From a virus (taxonomy: Duplodnaviria; Caudoviricetes): 64,000 nucleotides of DNA. The stretch spans positions 1,180-65,179 of IMG/VR virus record IMGVR_UViG_3300025689_000007, one strand, 5' to 3'. A program made the position numbers and the translations under genes. Below, piece by piece: positions 9,628-19,809 of the stretch (the stretch's first letter is position 1; each line of letters starts with the position of its first letter). Under the pieces are notes generated by a model. It searched no databases. It saw only the letters and a list, made by a program, of their open reading frames with translations, and was not told the DNA's origin.

Positions 9628-11976
9628 TTAAATTGTATTTTGTAAAACAATATACCAAGCCACAGGTGTTGACATTAAAGTAGGTAGTGGGTCTGTGGGT
9701 TGTGATCCTTGCCCTATATTACCCATCATATTAATAGGGGATGTATTTACAGTTGCAGAACTCATACCAACTGGAACAGGAAGAGCCACGGGTTCCCTTT
9801 GTCCTCCACTCGTAAGTGCAGCAGTAAGTTTATTTAACATCATTTCTTGATTTTCTAAATTTCTCAATCCTGCTCCTGTTACTCCCTTAACAGGTGCACT
9901 GAGTTCTCTTCTTGTAAGAGACACTCTACCGCCCCTCTGAAATCCCATTAACGTGCCAGCGCTCAAACCACCAAAAGTAAAATTACTTGCAAATCTCATC
10001 AAAGTTCCAATTGGATCACGAATTAAGGCAGCCATTCCACCAGGCAAAATGCTGTTAAGCATTCCAGCAGTTCTTTTCGGTGTTATCCATTCACCAACTG
10101 ATGCCCTAATAAGTTTACTATCAATGCCGGCTCCGGGCATTGAAGGCCCGCCTGTAATTTTTCCACCTTCCGCCATCCCGGCCATATTTTTAATTCTTTC
10201 AACATATTTTTGTGTTTCTGGATAAGGAGGAATACCTCCATATTCTCGTACTCGTTTTGCCCCGGCGTTATATGCGGCAAGAGCCTTTTCCCAGCTTCCA
10301 AATATATTAAACATCTGTTTAAGATATCTTGCTCCGCCTTCAATATTTTGATATGGATCATAAGGGTTCACATCCAGATCTTTCGCCGTTTTTGGCATTA
10401 ATTGTGTCATTCCTATTGCGCCTTTTTTGGAAAGATTACGTCTACCCCCGGCCGATTCTTGCTGTATCAGAGCTCTAAAAATTTCTTCTGGTATTTCATA
10501 TCTCTTTGCTATCGTAGTAATATATTCATCAAGTTTTGGGTCTTGTATAGCATTTTTCTTTCTTATCTCCTCGAGCACTTTTTTTCGATACTCTGGATCT
10601 TTTTTTATGCGTTTGAGCTCTTCAGTTTCTGCAGCCTCGCGTTTTATTTTTTCCCTTTCTTCATAAGCCTTCAATATCCTCTTTGTTGTTTCTCTGTATG
10701 GCACGGCCAGACCAAAACTGGCTATATTCAATCCATATTCGACCCCTTTTTCTTTAACCGCTTTCATAACAAGATCAAATAAATTTTTAAATTTTTCAAC
10801 GATCCAATTAGTAAAAATCTCCCAATCTTTTTTAAATGCTGGATCATCAATAAGAACTTTTATCAATGATGCGCCACTAATAGCCAAAAGACCAAGAGCA
10901 ACTGGAAGCAATAGAGGAGCCAATAATGACATCATTCCACTTACCAGACCAGCAATAGCCGAAATAAATAGTGGAAAAGCCCATTTCATCAATGAAATAC
11001 CGCCTTTTATAGCTTGAGCAGATTTTTTAAATGGTGAGATTATTTTGCCAAGGCCGCCTTTTGTTTTTTCCCATAACCAATACTTTGCAGCCAGAGCTTT
11101 TTGATATGCCCAATGTTTTAATGCATTCTTTTTTTCCTCGGCCCATTTTTTAATTGCTTCCTTTTTTTCCTGTCTCCATAGCTCTGCACGAGCCTTGCCA
11201 GACATCCATGGCTGTTTAAATAATGTATAAAATTTTGTAAAAAAACTTTTCTTTATAGATGAAAAGAACTTCTGAAACGGGGAGAATATAAAATCTTTAA
11301 ATTTTTTACCTATATCTTCAAAAAATCTCTTAACTGGGGCCAGGGCCCAGATACCTTTCGCCGTTTTCCAGAGAGCCTCTCCTATACCCATTACGGTATT
11401 TTTTGCAAATATAAAGGTATCTTTTGCCAAATCAAAGAGAGGCGCCATATCACCAAGTATGTCATGTAACTGTGATTCGAAAAACCCTGTTATTCTTTGA
11501 ATACCATCTCTTATTGTCGAAAGAACTTTAAGATTCCAGAAACCATACCACGCTTTCAAGAATGTTCTACCCCAAAATCTTTGTAAGAGCCACCTCTCGA
11601 CTTTCTCCCTCATTGACATTGATTTTCGAAGGGCCCTGTAATATCTCTCTAATTCTGCTTTTCTTTTCTTTTCATCCGCTGTTTCATCTTTTTTACGTTT
11701 TTCTTTTCTATCTTTATTTTCGATTTTGGTTTTTTCTACTTTGTCTGTCTTATAAAGTTTTAAAATATCTTTGTGAATTTTTTTAAGATATCTATCAGTA
11801 GCAGTACCAGCCCCCTCGCCACCTCCAACAACATTTTTACCTTTAACCATACCAGCAGTTTTATCAATGTCTTTCTTAAACTTCAACATTTCCTTAGTTG
11901 CTGCTGTGGCAAAAGATTTGGTAAATTCCTTGATGAAGGTTTCCATTTCTTTTCCAATTGAGGGACTGGTTGCCAT
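9628..11976 (-). CDS. tape-measure-like protein with soluble lytic transglycosylase domain
   Basis: Helical Lys/Ala-rich body and hydrophobic segment. SLT motifs ALIQQES, GAIGMTQLMP.TA, NIEGGARYL, ALAAYNAG, ETQKYV. Sits after the gp26/gp51-like genes. Confidence 0.75.
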   Translation of the reverse strand: MATSPSIGKEMETFIKEFTKSFATAATKEMLKFKKDIDKTAGMVKGKNVVGGGEGAGTATDRYLKKIHKDILKLYKTDKVEKTKIENKDRKEKRKKDETADEKKRKAELERYYRALRKSMSMREKVERWLLQRFWGRTFLKAWYGFWNLKVLSTIRDGIQRITGFFESQLHDILGDMAPLFDLAKDTFIFAKNTVMGIGEALWKTAKGIWALAPVKRFFEDIGKKFKDFIFSPFQKFFSSIKKSFFTKFYTLFKQPWMSGKARAELWRQEKKEAIKKWAEEKKNALKHWAYQKALAAKYWLWEKTKGGLGKIISPFKKSAQAIKGGISLMKWAFPLFISAIAGLVSGMMSLLAPLLLPVALGLLAISGASLIKVLIDDPAFKKDWEIFTNWIVEKFKNLFDLVMKAVKEKGVEYGLNIASFGLAVPYRETTKRILKAYEEREKIKREAAETEELKRIKKDPEYRKKVLEEIRKKNAIQDPKLDEYITTIAKRYEIPEEIFRALIQQESAGGRRNLSKKGAIGMTQLMPKTAKDLDVNPYDPYQNIEGGARYLKQMFNIFGSWEKALAAYNAGAKRVREYGGIPPYPETQKYVERIKNMAGMAEGGKITGGPSMPGAGIDSKLIRASVGEWITPKRTAGMLNSILPGGMAALIRDPIGTLMRFASNFTFGGLSAGTLMGFQRGGRVSLTRRELSAPVKGVTGAGLRNLENQEMMLNKLTAALTSGGQREPVALPVPVGMSSATVNTSPINMMGNIGQGSQPTDPLPTLMSTPVAWYIVLQNTI

Positions 11977-11988
11977 ATATTACTTCCT

Positions 11989-12177
11989 CTATTTCTTTAT
12001 TTTTTCTGGTTGCTTCATAGCATCTGCTTTTTGTTTCATATCTTTTATAACAAGGTTGAGAAAGGCTTCTCTTTCAAAATCAGGCAAGAGATTGCTTTCC
12101 TCAATACTTATATTCGCCCGGCTTGCTAAATAATACTGCTCCTCTGTAATAGTGTGCAAGCTCGTGCCACAACACAA
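11989..12177 (-). CDS. baseplate hub assembly protein, gp51-like
   Basis: Short ORF after gp26 with Y.L......S.EE...L..FER..F..L pattern. Confidence 0.6.
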   Translation of the reverse strand: MCCGTSLHTITEEQYYLASRANISIEESNLLPDFEREAFLNLVIKDMKQKADAMKQPEKIKK

Positions 12178-12185
12178 TGTATAGA

Positions 12186-13046
12186 TTAAAAGAAAAAATC
12201 TTCAAGAGGAACATCCCTCTTTGATTGATAGCCACATTGAGGACATTTAATGTTAATTGAAAAATCAACACCAAAATCATACTTCTCAAACCACTTTGGA
12301 AGTTTTACCTCTTCCTGTTCTGTAAGGGAATCCAGTAAATAAATTCTATCCTCTATGCTCAAGTCTTTCTCTTCACCATCTGGAGTAATAATACCTTGTA
12401 TTGCAAGAGCAAGAATTGCTGTCATTGTATGAATAGCCTTTTCAGCATCAGATACTTCTGGATAATTAACTTTTACCCATTCCATCGCCTGTTTTTGCAT
12501 ACCTCTTGTAATTAAGGACATTCTCACAGATATATTATCATTTATTTTAACAATATCGGGCTCTGACACATCTTTCTGTGGTGGCGCTTCCTCTAACATA
12601 CTCTCTTCTTTTACTTCTTGAAGTGATTGTGTCTTTTTCTTTTTAGATGCTGAAATCTCTGGTGTCTTAACCTTCTTTTTATTGAGCTCTAAAACTTTCA
12701 CCGGCATTTCAGAGAGATTCACCGTCTGTAGTGATTGAGAGCCACAACTTGGGCATACTGTTTGAAACTGATAAGTATTTCCTTTTGTTGCCTTTCTTAT
12801 TTCCAATAATAAATAAAATCTATCCTGTAAATATAAATCATCTATTTTAAAATCTTCTCCCAAAACACATCCGGCTAAAACATCATCAAGTGCAGTCTCA
12901 ATTACTGCTTGATCTTCTGCGTTCTCATACATTAGCAGCTTTTTAATCTGCCCCGTTGAGATTGGTTTGAATTTTACAGTTTTACCACTTCCTGGCAAAA
13001 CAGTTTCAAATTCATACACATTGATATACCTTTTAAAATTTGACAT
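12186..13046 (-). CDS. gp26: baseplate hub assembly chaperone
   Basis: Y...LP.SGK.V.F.P....Q.K.LL, D..Y.LL.IR....G and two CxxC pairs (CPSC, CPQC). Confidence 0.82.
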   Translation of the reverse strand: MSNFKRYINVYEFETVLPGSGKTVKFKPISTGQIKKLLMYENAEDQAVIETALDDVLAGCVLGEDFKIDDLYLQDRFYLLLEIRKATKGNTYQFQTVCPSCGSQSLQTVNLSEMPVKVLELNKKKVKTPEISASKKKKTQSLQEVKEESMLEEAPPQKDVSEPDIVKINDNISVRMSLITRGMQKQAMEWVKVNYPEVSDAEKAIHTMTAILALAIQGIITPDGEEKDLSIEDRIYLLDSLTEQEEVKLPKWFEKYDFGVDFSINIKCPQCGYQSKRDVPLEDFFF

Positions 13047-13056
13047 AAAAACCTCC

Positions 13057-13806
13057 TTATATTGGTATCTTTCCTCTTATTGCTTCCATATTCAAATCCA
13101 AATAACTTCTTCCTGCCCTCTGTAAGAATGTTGCAAGAGCGCCAGGTTCTCTTTCGGTTATTGTATGATATTGATAGGAAAAAGTAACATCAAATTGGAC
13201 TAAATCATTTGTTTGATAGTCTAATTGAATTTGTCCTATGCTTTTCGGCCAGGCCCCATAAAGTTTAAAACAACAAATGGTGCTCCCTGTATCAAAACCC
13301 AAAAGATGAATATCTTGATCAACCATATAGGAAATGGGCTTACCATAGATATTACTTTGTGGATTATGAATTATTTTTTGCCACGCCCAGAATTTTGTAA
13401 GAATCTTGGCATCATTGTCAACAATAAATGTAACATTCCAATCACCATCACTTCGAACAGAGGCCATCTTGTATTTTTGTCCAACCCAGTGTGATTGTAT
13501 TTCTTCAATTGTAGAATCGGGTAAAGATGTGGATTTAACAAGATAAGGAAATTTTTTTACACTATTATTCAATAGAAAAACATCAACCGCTGTACCTCCA
13601 GCCTCAATTGCCCCCTTTGTTAAAAGATCATCTCTGGCGCCGCTTTCGAAATCCTCAACTGTTTTTGCTGTTGATAATGCACCCTCTACTCCCGCTTTTA
13701 ATATATTACTGAGATTTGGGAATTGAAGATTTACATAAAACAGATATTGTCTCGCGCCACCGAGAAATCTTGCTTTATACTCTTGAATATCAATAGGTAT
13801 TTTCAT
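13057..13806 (-). CDS. tail tube paralogue (gp19 fold, possible gp54 role)
   Basis: F.GGARQYLFY...LP.S......W.G..Y......GDW.VTF..D...GAWPK.IG...LDY...FDVTF.Y. Confidence 0.7.
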   Translation of the reverse strand: MKIPIDIQEYKARFLGGARQYLFYVNLQFPNLSNILKAGVEGALSTAKTVEDFESGARDDLLTKGAIEAGGTAVDVFLLNNSVKKFPYLVKSTSLPDSTIEEIQSHWVGQKYKMASVRSDGDWNVTFIVDNDAKILTKFWAWQKIIHNPQSNIYGKPISYMVDQDIHLLGFDTGSTICCFKLYGAWPKSIGQIQLDYQTNDLVQFDVTFSYQYHTITEREPGALATFLQRAGRSYLDLNMEAIRGKIPI

Positions 13807-14522
13807 ATCGTCATTATCCCCGTTAGTTTTTCATATCCTCTCTTTATTGCGTCCGCTATTTTTGTAGATGGTTTTGTCTCTAATCTCATTTTATAAAATG
13901 TAAAAACTACATTCATTGTTAAGAGTTCGGACGAGGCATAATCAAAAGTAATATTACCAACTGATTTTGGCCAGCATTTTTCCAATACAAAAGATTTTAC
14001 AACATTTCCTGAATAATCTATCATATGAACTTCCTGATCTTGCATATATTGTGTAGAGTTCGCTCTATCGTGTTCTCTTTTTATACTTCTCCCACTTTTT
14101 AATTCTGACAACGAATTTTGAATTATATTTTGCCAGCTATACATTCTCTCTATAATGTCTCCATTAATGTCAACATTCATATCAACTGACCAATCACCGT
14201 ACTTTCTATAGCCCGCAATTTTATAATCAAGACTTTGCCAGGGAATTGGAATTTCATCAAACATTGATTCTGGAATTGTTGTTGATCTTATAAGATAAGG
14301 CCACTTATCAAAATCAGATCCTAACCCAAATGTTGTAAGTGCACTATCTGCTGCAGGAACAAACCATTTTTTCCATCCATCATTTGTTGATAATACTCCT
14401 GTTTTCCCCATTTCTCTACTAATTCCAGCTGGCAATTTTAAGAGAATATAGAATAAAAATTGTCTTGATCCACCGGTAAATCTTGTGCGATATGTATCAA
14501 CATCAAATAAAATCCGTGGCAT
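13803..14522 (-). CDS. tail tube paralogue (gp19 fold, possible gp54 role)
   Basis: Same gp19 motifs (GGSRQFLFY, YGDWSV, CWPKSVG..FDY). Confidence 0.7.
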   Translation of the reverse strand: MPRILFDVDTYRTRFTGGSRQFLFYILLKLPAGISREMGKTGVLSTNDGWKKWFVPAADSALTTFGLGSDFDKWPYLIRSTTIPESMFDEIPIPWQSLDYKIAGYRKYGDWSVDMNVDINGDIIERMYSWQNIIQNSLSELKSGRSIKREHDRANSTQYMQDQEVHMIDYSGNVVKSFVLEKCWPKSVGNITFDYASSELLTMNVVFTFYKMRLETKPSTKIADAIKRGYEKLTGIMTI

Positions 14523-14531
14523 CTTTCCTCC

Positions 14532-14573
14532 AAATAAAAAGGTCTGAAGAGTTTCAGTACCCTTCAGACCTTT
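14532..14573 (-). terminator. intrinsic terminator after the tail tube gene
   Basis: 12-bp stem AAAGGTCTGAAG/CTTCAGACCTTT (14538-14549 and 14562-14573) followed by UUAUUU on the minus strand. Confidence 0.75.
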
Positions 14574-14631
14574 CGATCCATTAGTTTTATCACTAAGCGT
14601 GGTACGGTATATAAGTATTTATTAATACCTA

Positions 14632-15177
14632 TTATCCGAAAGTTACTCCAGTGCCATAAGTCACATTATCAGCAACATGATAAATGTAAGTAAATGTCAT
14701 ATCAAACTGGACAACATCATTAGCAGAGTAGTCCAATGTGGCCGTTCCGACCGATTTTGGCCATGCGCCAAAAAGTTTATACTTCATAATTGGCTTACCA
14801 TCGTAACCTAAAAGTTCGAGCTGCTGGTCAGCCATATAAAGATTCGGTGCGGTGTAAATATTTGTTGTTGGGTCGTGAACAAGCTGCGCCCATTGCATAA
14901 ACATTTGCTGAATTTTCGCATCGATATCCACATTAAAAGTAACTGTCCAATCACCGTATGTGTACTTTCCGGCAAATTTAAAATCGAATCCTTGCCAATT
15001 TGTCAGGATTTCGTCCGATGTTGTTTCAGGCAGGTTTGTTGACCTTACAAGGTAAGTTGCCTTTTCAGTATCTCCCCCTGCAATACTAATAGGAAATATC
15101 GGTTTATAATAAAATAAGTATTGTCTTGCTCCACCCTGAAATGATGCCCTATAACTATCAATATCAAATCTTGGCAT
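14632..15177 (-). CDS. gp19: tail tube protein
   Basis: Directly after the sheath gene; LP......I...W.G..FKFAG..TY.DWTVTF..D, GAWP..VG...LDY...F..TF.Y. Confidence 0.9.
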   Translation of the reverse strand: MPRFDIDSYRASFQGGARQYLFYYKPIFPISIAGGDTEKATYLVRSTNLPETTSDEILTNWQGFDFKFAGKYTYGDWTVTFNVDIDAKIQQMFMQWAQLVHDPTTNIYTAPNLYMADQQLELLGYDGKPIMKYKLFGAWPKSVGTATLDYSANDVVQFDMTFTYIYHVADNVTYGTGVTFG

Positions 15178-15201
15178 TTTTTATTCCTCCAATTTATTCT
15201 C

Positions 15202-16926
15202 TTATCCAGCTGTCGCTCCAGCAAGCTCTGTGAAGGAGGCGCCGGTCTTGGTTGCGATAAAGTTCAGAACAATAAATTCTGCTGCCCTTGTGGGCTTAAT
15301 GTAAATGTCACACCAGAGCTCATTTCTATCAATTCTTTCCGGTGTATTATTTGTCTCATCACAGACAATCATATAATCATAAATACCTCTTCTTGAACGA
15401 ACATCTCTCAAGAATGGGTCAATCATATTGACCAAAAGAAGTCTTGTAAGATCATCATTTGGCTCAAAAAGAAAGTATCTTGCTGCTGTAGCAATTGCCT
15501 TTTCAAGAACAATGAAGAGTCTTCTTACATTAATTCGATTGAAAGCAGATTCCTTGTCAAGAAGTGTTTTCTGACCCCAAACAACTTTGCCCTGACCAGA
15601 GAACGAGACAAGTGGGTTGATACCGGCTTTATAGAGAATATCTCTTTCTCCCTGTGTTGGGTTCCAAGCAAGTCTCCTTACATTACCAAGAAGGGCTCTG
15701 TTAAGACCAGCCGGGGCAAACCAAGGATCAGAAACATCATCCGTATTGGCATAGATACCAGCGATATGTCCTGAACATGGAATCCATCTATATTTACCGT
15801 TCCATTTGTCATATACTTCAATCCAGTTACCATAAATGGAAGCATAACTGGTATTTTCATTAAGTGTCTGCTGTCTATAAGTTCTAAGTGATGTTGCCTC
15901 ATTACCGGAGTTATTAATAACATCAGCATAAAGACAATCAAGAACAGCAATACAATCCTTTCTTGATTCTGCAATCGAAACCAGATATTGTTTTACTGTA
16001 GTGGATTTATTTCCATCAATAAGAATATTAATATCAATTTCTTCTGCATTTGCATAAAGATCAATATCATCAATGATAAGTGCATCCGTTACAGAATCAT
16101 CCTGATCATCTGCCCCTCCTCCGAAACTCTGCCAAGATGATGTAGAAATCGTGATATTTTGATCCTTTTGTGATTCATTCATACTAATCCTAATATAACT
16201 TGATGATTCATTAATAACTGTTTCTGCGAAAAGTTTATTTCCACTATCATCAACAACATCTTGATCAGTAGAAACATTCCAAACTTCCTTTGTTGCATAG
16301 GATGTTTCTCCCTGTGGTTTTACCTGTACAATAATAAGGAAGGATTTAGAATTAAGAAGCGGACTATCAATTGCTGAAACATCTGAATATACTTCCCATT
16401 CTGAATGTCCTCCTGATGCAATTTCATTATAGGTTGTATAATCAATAACGGCTACCCTGATATTATTTCCCCACTCACCTCTTGAGTTGGCGATAAGATA
16501 AAATGGCCAAGGTGCGGTTGGTGAAACATCATCCGCAAACTGATCTGGGTCTTTACTTGGGAGGTCTGATAAAGTCAGAGCATCACTACCAAGAACAAAC
16601 TGGGTGAATGTTGCTTCTGAACCACTTACAGCTTTCGTTCCAGCAAAAGTTGCGGATACGGGCATTGTTCTTGTGCAATAAAGTGCATTTCCATACCTCA
16701 AATATCCCGTAGCAGCAAGAATATCCTGATAGCAATTCGCCACATTTGTTGGTTTTCCAAATATATCTATCAATTCATTTACGGTTGTTATCAGAGTTTT
16801 CTTTCTCTCCGGCCCCTTGTAAGTATTCCTTAGAATAATTGCTGCAATAGAAGTAGCTACCGCTGGAATAGTAGTAGACAAATCTATTTCGTTTACATCT
16901 ACGAGTGGTGACAAATAAAATGCCAT
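15202..16926 (-). CDS. gp18: contractile tail sheath protein
   Basis: MAF.LSP.V.V.EIDL, PWFAPAG.NR, VVWGQKTL, AF.RINVRRLF, IYIKP.RAAEFI.LNF.AT.TG..F.E. Confidence 0.97.
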   Translation of the reverse strand: MAFYLSPLVDVNEIDLSTTIPAVATSIAAIILRNTYKGPERKKTLITTVNELIDIFGKPTNVANCYQDILAATGYLRYGNALYCTRTMPVSATFAGTKAVSGSEATFTQFVLGSDALTLSDLPSKDPDQFADDVSPTAPWPFYLIANSRGEWGNNIRVAVIDYTTYNEIASGGHSEWEVYSDVSAIDSPLLNSKSFLIIVQVKPQGETSYATKEVWNVSTDQDVVDDSGNKLFAETVINESSSYIRISMNESQKDQNITISTSSWQSFGGGADDQDDSVTDALIIDDIDLYANAEEIDINILIDGNKSTTVKQYLVSIAESRKDCIAVLDCLYADVINNSGNEATSLRTYRQQTLNENTSYASIYGNWIEVYDKWNGKYRWIPCSGHIAGIYANTDDVSDPWFAPAGLNRALLGNVRRLAWNPTQGERDILYKAGINPLVSFSGQGKVVWGQKTLLDKESAFNRINVRRLFIVLEKAIATAARYFLFEPNDDLTRLLLVNMIDPFLRDVRSRRGIYDYMIVCDETNNTPERIDRNELWCDIYIKPTRAAEFIVLNFIATKTGASFTELAGATAG

Positions 16927-16956
16927 TGTATGAATCCTCCAAATGTTTTCCTTATA

Positions 16957-16985
16957 TATTTATGGATATTTCAATTATATTTATA
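16957..16985 (-). promoter_or_regulatory. two T4-type late promoter motifs upstream of gp18
   Basis: TATAAATA at 16978-16985 and CATAAATA at 16957-16964 on the minus strand; a gp55 homologue is present in the window. Confidence 0.65.
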
Positions 16986-16990
16986 AAAAT

Positions 16991-17491
16991 TTACCCGATT
17001 TCGTATCTATCATATATAAATGTTGCGCTGGCTTCCAGAACAGCCCCCCCCTCTCTTGTTGAGAGAGTAATCTCTCCAAGTTGTTGAATCCAGACATTTT
17101 TAAAGTTAATTGCCATTATTTTTCTACTAAAATTATCGGTTATTTGGAGAGAAGCATCAACAACCATATTATTTGGTAAGACACCAAACTTATCCTTGTT
17201 ATTATTTATATAAAATATCCAGTTTGCAAGCGCTTTCCAGTTTCTAAATTCCGAATCTACAATGAAATTTACTGTCCAAGAATCAAAAACCAGTTTCCCA
17301 ACCTGTAATTGAAGTTTACCACCCTGCCAAGGAGACTCTGCTTGATCTAAAGACAAGCCAGGAATAACTGTGCCAAACAGGTTCAACTCAAGTTCTGCAG
17401 TAGCCGCACGGGATGTTTCCGATGGAAGAGTTGGAAACTTTAATCTAAAATTAGAGGGGGTTGCCCTATGTATGTTTACTGTTATTGCCAT
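16991..17491 (-). CDS. gp3: tail tube terminator/completion protein
   Basis: P.NF.L..P, ..PG.SL, KL.FD...V.F.VD....NW..L..W, F.N.W...LG......F.Y..Y. Confidence 0.75.
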   Translation of the reverse strand: MAITVNIHRATPSNFRLKFPTLPSETSRAATAELELNLFGTVIPGLSLDQAESPWQGGKLQLQVGKLVFDSWTVNFIVDSEFRNWKALANWIFYINNNKDKFGVLPNNMVVDASLQITDNFSRKIMAINFKNVWIQQLGEITLSTREGGAVLEASATFIYDRYEIG

Positions 17492-18294
17492 TATGTCCTT
17501 CCCTTACCGCCCTCCGGAAATACTGTATATCTCGACAAAATGCCCGCTGTTTCATCATATCCGAGGGCCTCGACATATACCGCTTCATCATACATACCAC
17601 TTGCACCAGATGTAAATGTTGTTTCTGTTTCCTCTGCCATGGCTTCTTCTGAAGAATAAATTCTTGATATAACCTTCTCAATAAGTTTCCCATCAGGATC
17701 GGTTGTTGGAGTAATAGGCTGCAGAAAATATCCCTGAATAGTGAAAGTCAAGGTCCATTTTAATACTCTCCAATCCTCTTCCCCCCATTCTTCCATAATA
17801 TCCGGTGTCGCACTATTGAAAACTGTTTTTAATTCAAGGTCTGCGTTCATTTCTGGAACATTGATTTTCAAGAAAACATATGGATTGAAAAACGGTAATA
17901 TCTGTTCAAGAATTTGGTCAATATCAACAATATGAAGTGCCCAGATATTTACATTGAGAAGAAAACTATATGGTATCAGGTTAGGTATTGTTTCAATTGT
18001 TTTTGCATCATAATCTTTTGATATAACAATATTCTCGTTCTTATTTCCCAATCTTGAACCATCATAGTCAATTGACATAAGGGTTACGGAAATGATGGGA
18101 AGCTTTTCTTCAGTTGAATACTCTTTTATCCAGTAATATGCCTTTTCCTTTGGCCCGAATTTCACAGGAACAAGAACGGTTTTTGTTATGTTTCCGTCAT
18201 TGTCATACCTTGCCACATATATGTCTGCTAACATATCGAGAAACTGTATAATTGTTTTCCTGAAAATTCTATAAAAATAATAAGTTCGTGCCAT
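17491..18294 (-). CDS. gp15: tail sheath stabiliser/terminator
   Basis: YF....RK.I.QF...L..I, VP..FGPK.K, LP.IS......YD.SR, DQI.EQILP.FNP, WTL.FT..GY. Confidence 0.88.
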   Translation of the reverse strand: MARTYYFYRIFRKTIIQFLDMLADIYVARYDNDGNITKTVLVPVKFGPKEKAYYWIKEYSTEEKLPIISVTLMSIDYDGSRLGNKNENIVISKDYDAKTIETIPNLIPYSFLLNVNIWALHIVDIDQILEQILPFFNPYVFLKINVPEMNADLELKTVFNSATPDIMEEWGEEDWRVLKWTLTFTIQGYFLQPITPTTDPDGKLIEKVISRIYSSEEAMAEETETTFTSGASGMYDEAVYVEALGYDETAGILSRYTVFPEGGKGRT

Positions 18295-18302
18295 TTATTT
18301 TC

Positions 18303-18635
18303 TTACGCTGGGCCGGGATTTTCTTCCTGTTTTTTCTTGATAATTTCCTCAACATCACTTATAGCCGTGTTTATTGACAATATCTTGCCATGTATCCTTA
18401 CTGCTTTATAGCCTTGCATTTTCCAGCTTTTGAGTTTAATCAATATTTGCATTTTAGTCATATTATTCCACATTGAATTTGGAATTTCCTTTACTTTTTC
18501 TTCAAAGAGATACTTTTCCAAAAGTTTATCTACTTTATTCATTGCTACTTTTTCTTCTCTTTCTTTTCCGGTCATTTCCTCTTTATCGGTTCTTCTCCAA
18601 TGTAAAGTTTGCTCTTGAAAATTCAAGGCGGTCAA
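18303..18635 (-). CDS. small hypothetical protein with CTS-like motif
   Basis: True start probably internal (ATG 18575 or 18542): MNKVDKLLEKYLFEE. Confidence 0.5.
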   Translation of the reverse strand: MTALNFQEQTLHWRRTDKEEMTGKEREEKVAMNKVDKLLEKYLFEEKVKEIPNSMWNNMTKMQILIKLKSWKMQGYKAVRIHGKILSINTAISDVEEIIKKKQEENPGPA

Positions 18636-19725
18636 CCAATTTCAATATATTACCTGATCTATCAATAACACAAAAACCTTCTGGTTTTGCTACATTGTAA
18701 CCTTCCCCACTACGGATAAATGTTCCTATATTGCTGATTTCACTGAACTTTCTGACAAATATATCTTTCAACCTGATGAAAATCAAATAAAGATATAGTA
18801 ATCCCATTATTTCTTTCTTATATTTAGTTAGAAAATGATGCGCAGAATCTATCATTTCCCTTCTTTTCTGTTTTGCTTCTGGTGATTTCACCTGTTCTGC
18901 TTGTTTCTCATATTTGTCCTTTATGAATATCATAAAATCATCATAGTAAAGTGATACGGAGCGGAGAGCGTTTGCCTTCTTGATGTTTTCGTTGTGGAAT
19001 ATCATGAATAATTGATATAGCCCGAAGCTTTTCATCTTTTTGAAAATATCTTCCTTGATATATTTCGCAACCCGCTCTGCTTCTGAAATCAGTTCATTTA
19101 TCCTGTCAATTTCCGGCTTGGAGAAGTTTACTGTGCCGGATTCATCCCTGAAATAGGCATCCTGAAGCCAGACATTTGGATTATTAAAATACCTTGATAC
19201 ATCTATATTAAATTTGGCCGAAAGCGTATCAAGTGTATCTCCTGTGTATTCCGTGTGAACGACAATACCCATTTTGGCTTTATTGATCCTGTTTGCAAGG
19301 TCTGAACCGTCATTTGGTATAGCATAGGTTATTGTATTCGGTGTAAAAGTAATATATGGCATTCCGTTGATATTCTCTATTTTCTTATCATCTGTAAAAA
19401 GAAGATCTCCCTGATAAATTGTTTTCACTCCCAATTCTGATAGATACTTCAGGGAAGTTTTCAGCTTAGCTGCCAGACCAGGCGCATGACCGAAATATTC
19501 ATTTACATCTTTATAATTATATGCAAGTTTCGGTGTCTTGTTGAAAATGGCTTTCGTAGAAACAAAGAATTTTCCATTTTCTGGATTAATACCAAAAAAC
19601 ACTGCTGGGCTATTATGAATAAGAATATATACATCACCGGCTTTTACATAAAAATTCTGATTATGTGTTGTCATATCACATTCTGGATATTTCTGTTTTA
19701 TCTTATTCACTTTTTTGACTTTCAT
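18583..19725 (-). CDS. split intein C-half (38 aa) fused to the C-extein of a conserved T4-like ligase-like protein
   Basis: MKVKKVNKIK...CDMTTHNQNFYV...ILIHN then Ser+1 of SPAVFFGINPENGKFFVSTKAIFNKTPK; QGDLLFT and PEGFCV...LKLVDRLEF further on. Confidence 0.88.
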   Translation of the reverse strand: MKVKKVNKIKQKYPECDMTTHNQNFYVKAGDVYILIHNSPAVFFGINPENGKFFVSTKAIFNKTPKLAYNYKDVNEYFGHAPGLAAKLKTSLKYLSELGVKTIYQGDLLFTDDKKIENINGMPYITFTPNTITYAIPNDGSDLANRINKAKMGIVVHTEYTGDTLDTLSAKFNIDVSRYFNNPNVWLQDAYFRDESGTVNFSKPEIDRINELISEAERVAKYIKEDIFKKMKSFGLYQLFMIFHNENIKKANALRSVSLYYDDFMIFIKDKYEKQAEQVKSPEAKQKRREMIDSAHHFLTKYKKEIMGLLYLYLIFIRLKDIFVRKFSEISNIGTFIRSGEGYNVAKPEGFCVIDRSGNILKLVDRLEFSRANFTLEKNR

Positions 19726-19809
19726 ATTCTATAAGCCCTTTCAGTTTTTCAGATTGGAAAAATGTTTTTTCATCATCATATTTACAAAAAGAGATGGTTA
19801 TCTTCCCAT

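Noticed and set aside
19726-19809. Split intein as a sequencing or assembly artefact
   Set aside because: Several in-frame stops, a plausible RBS (AAGGG) before IntC, and split-type charge asymmetry argue against a single error.
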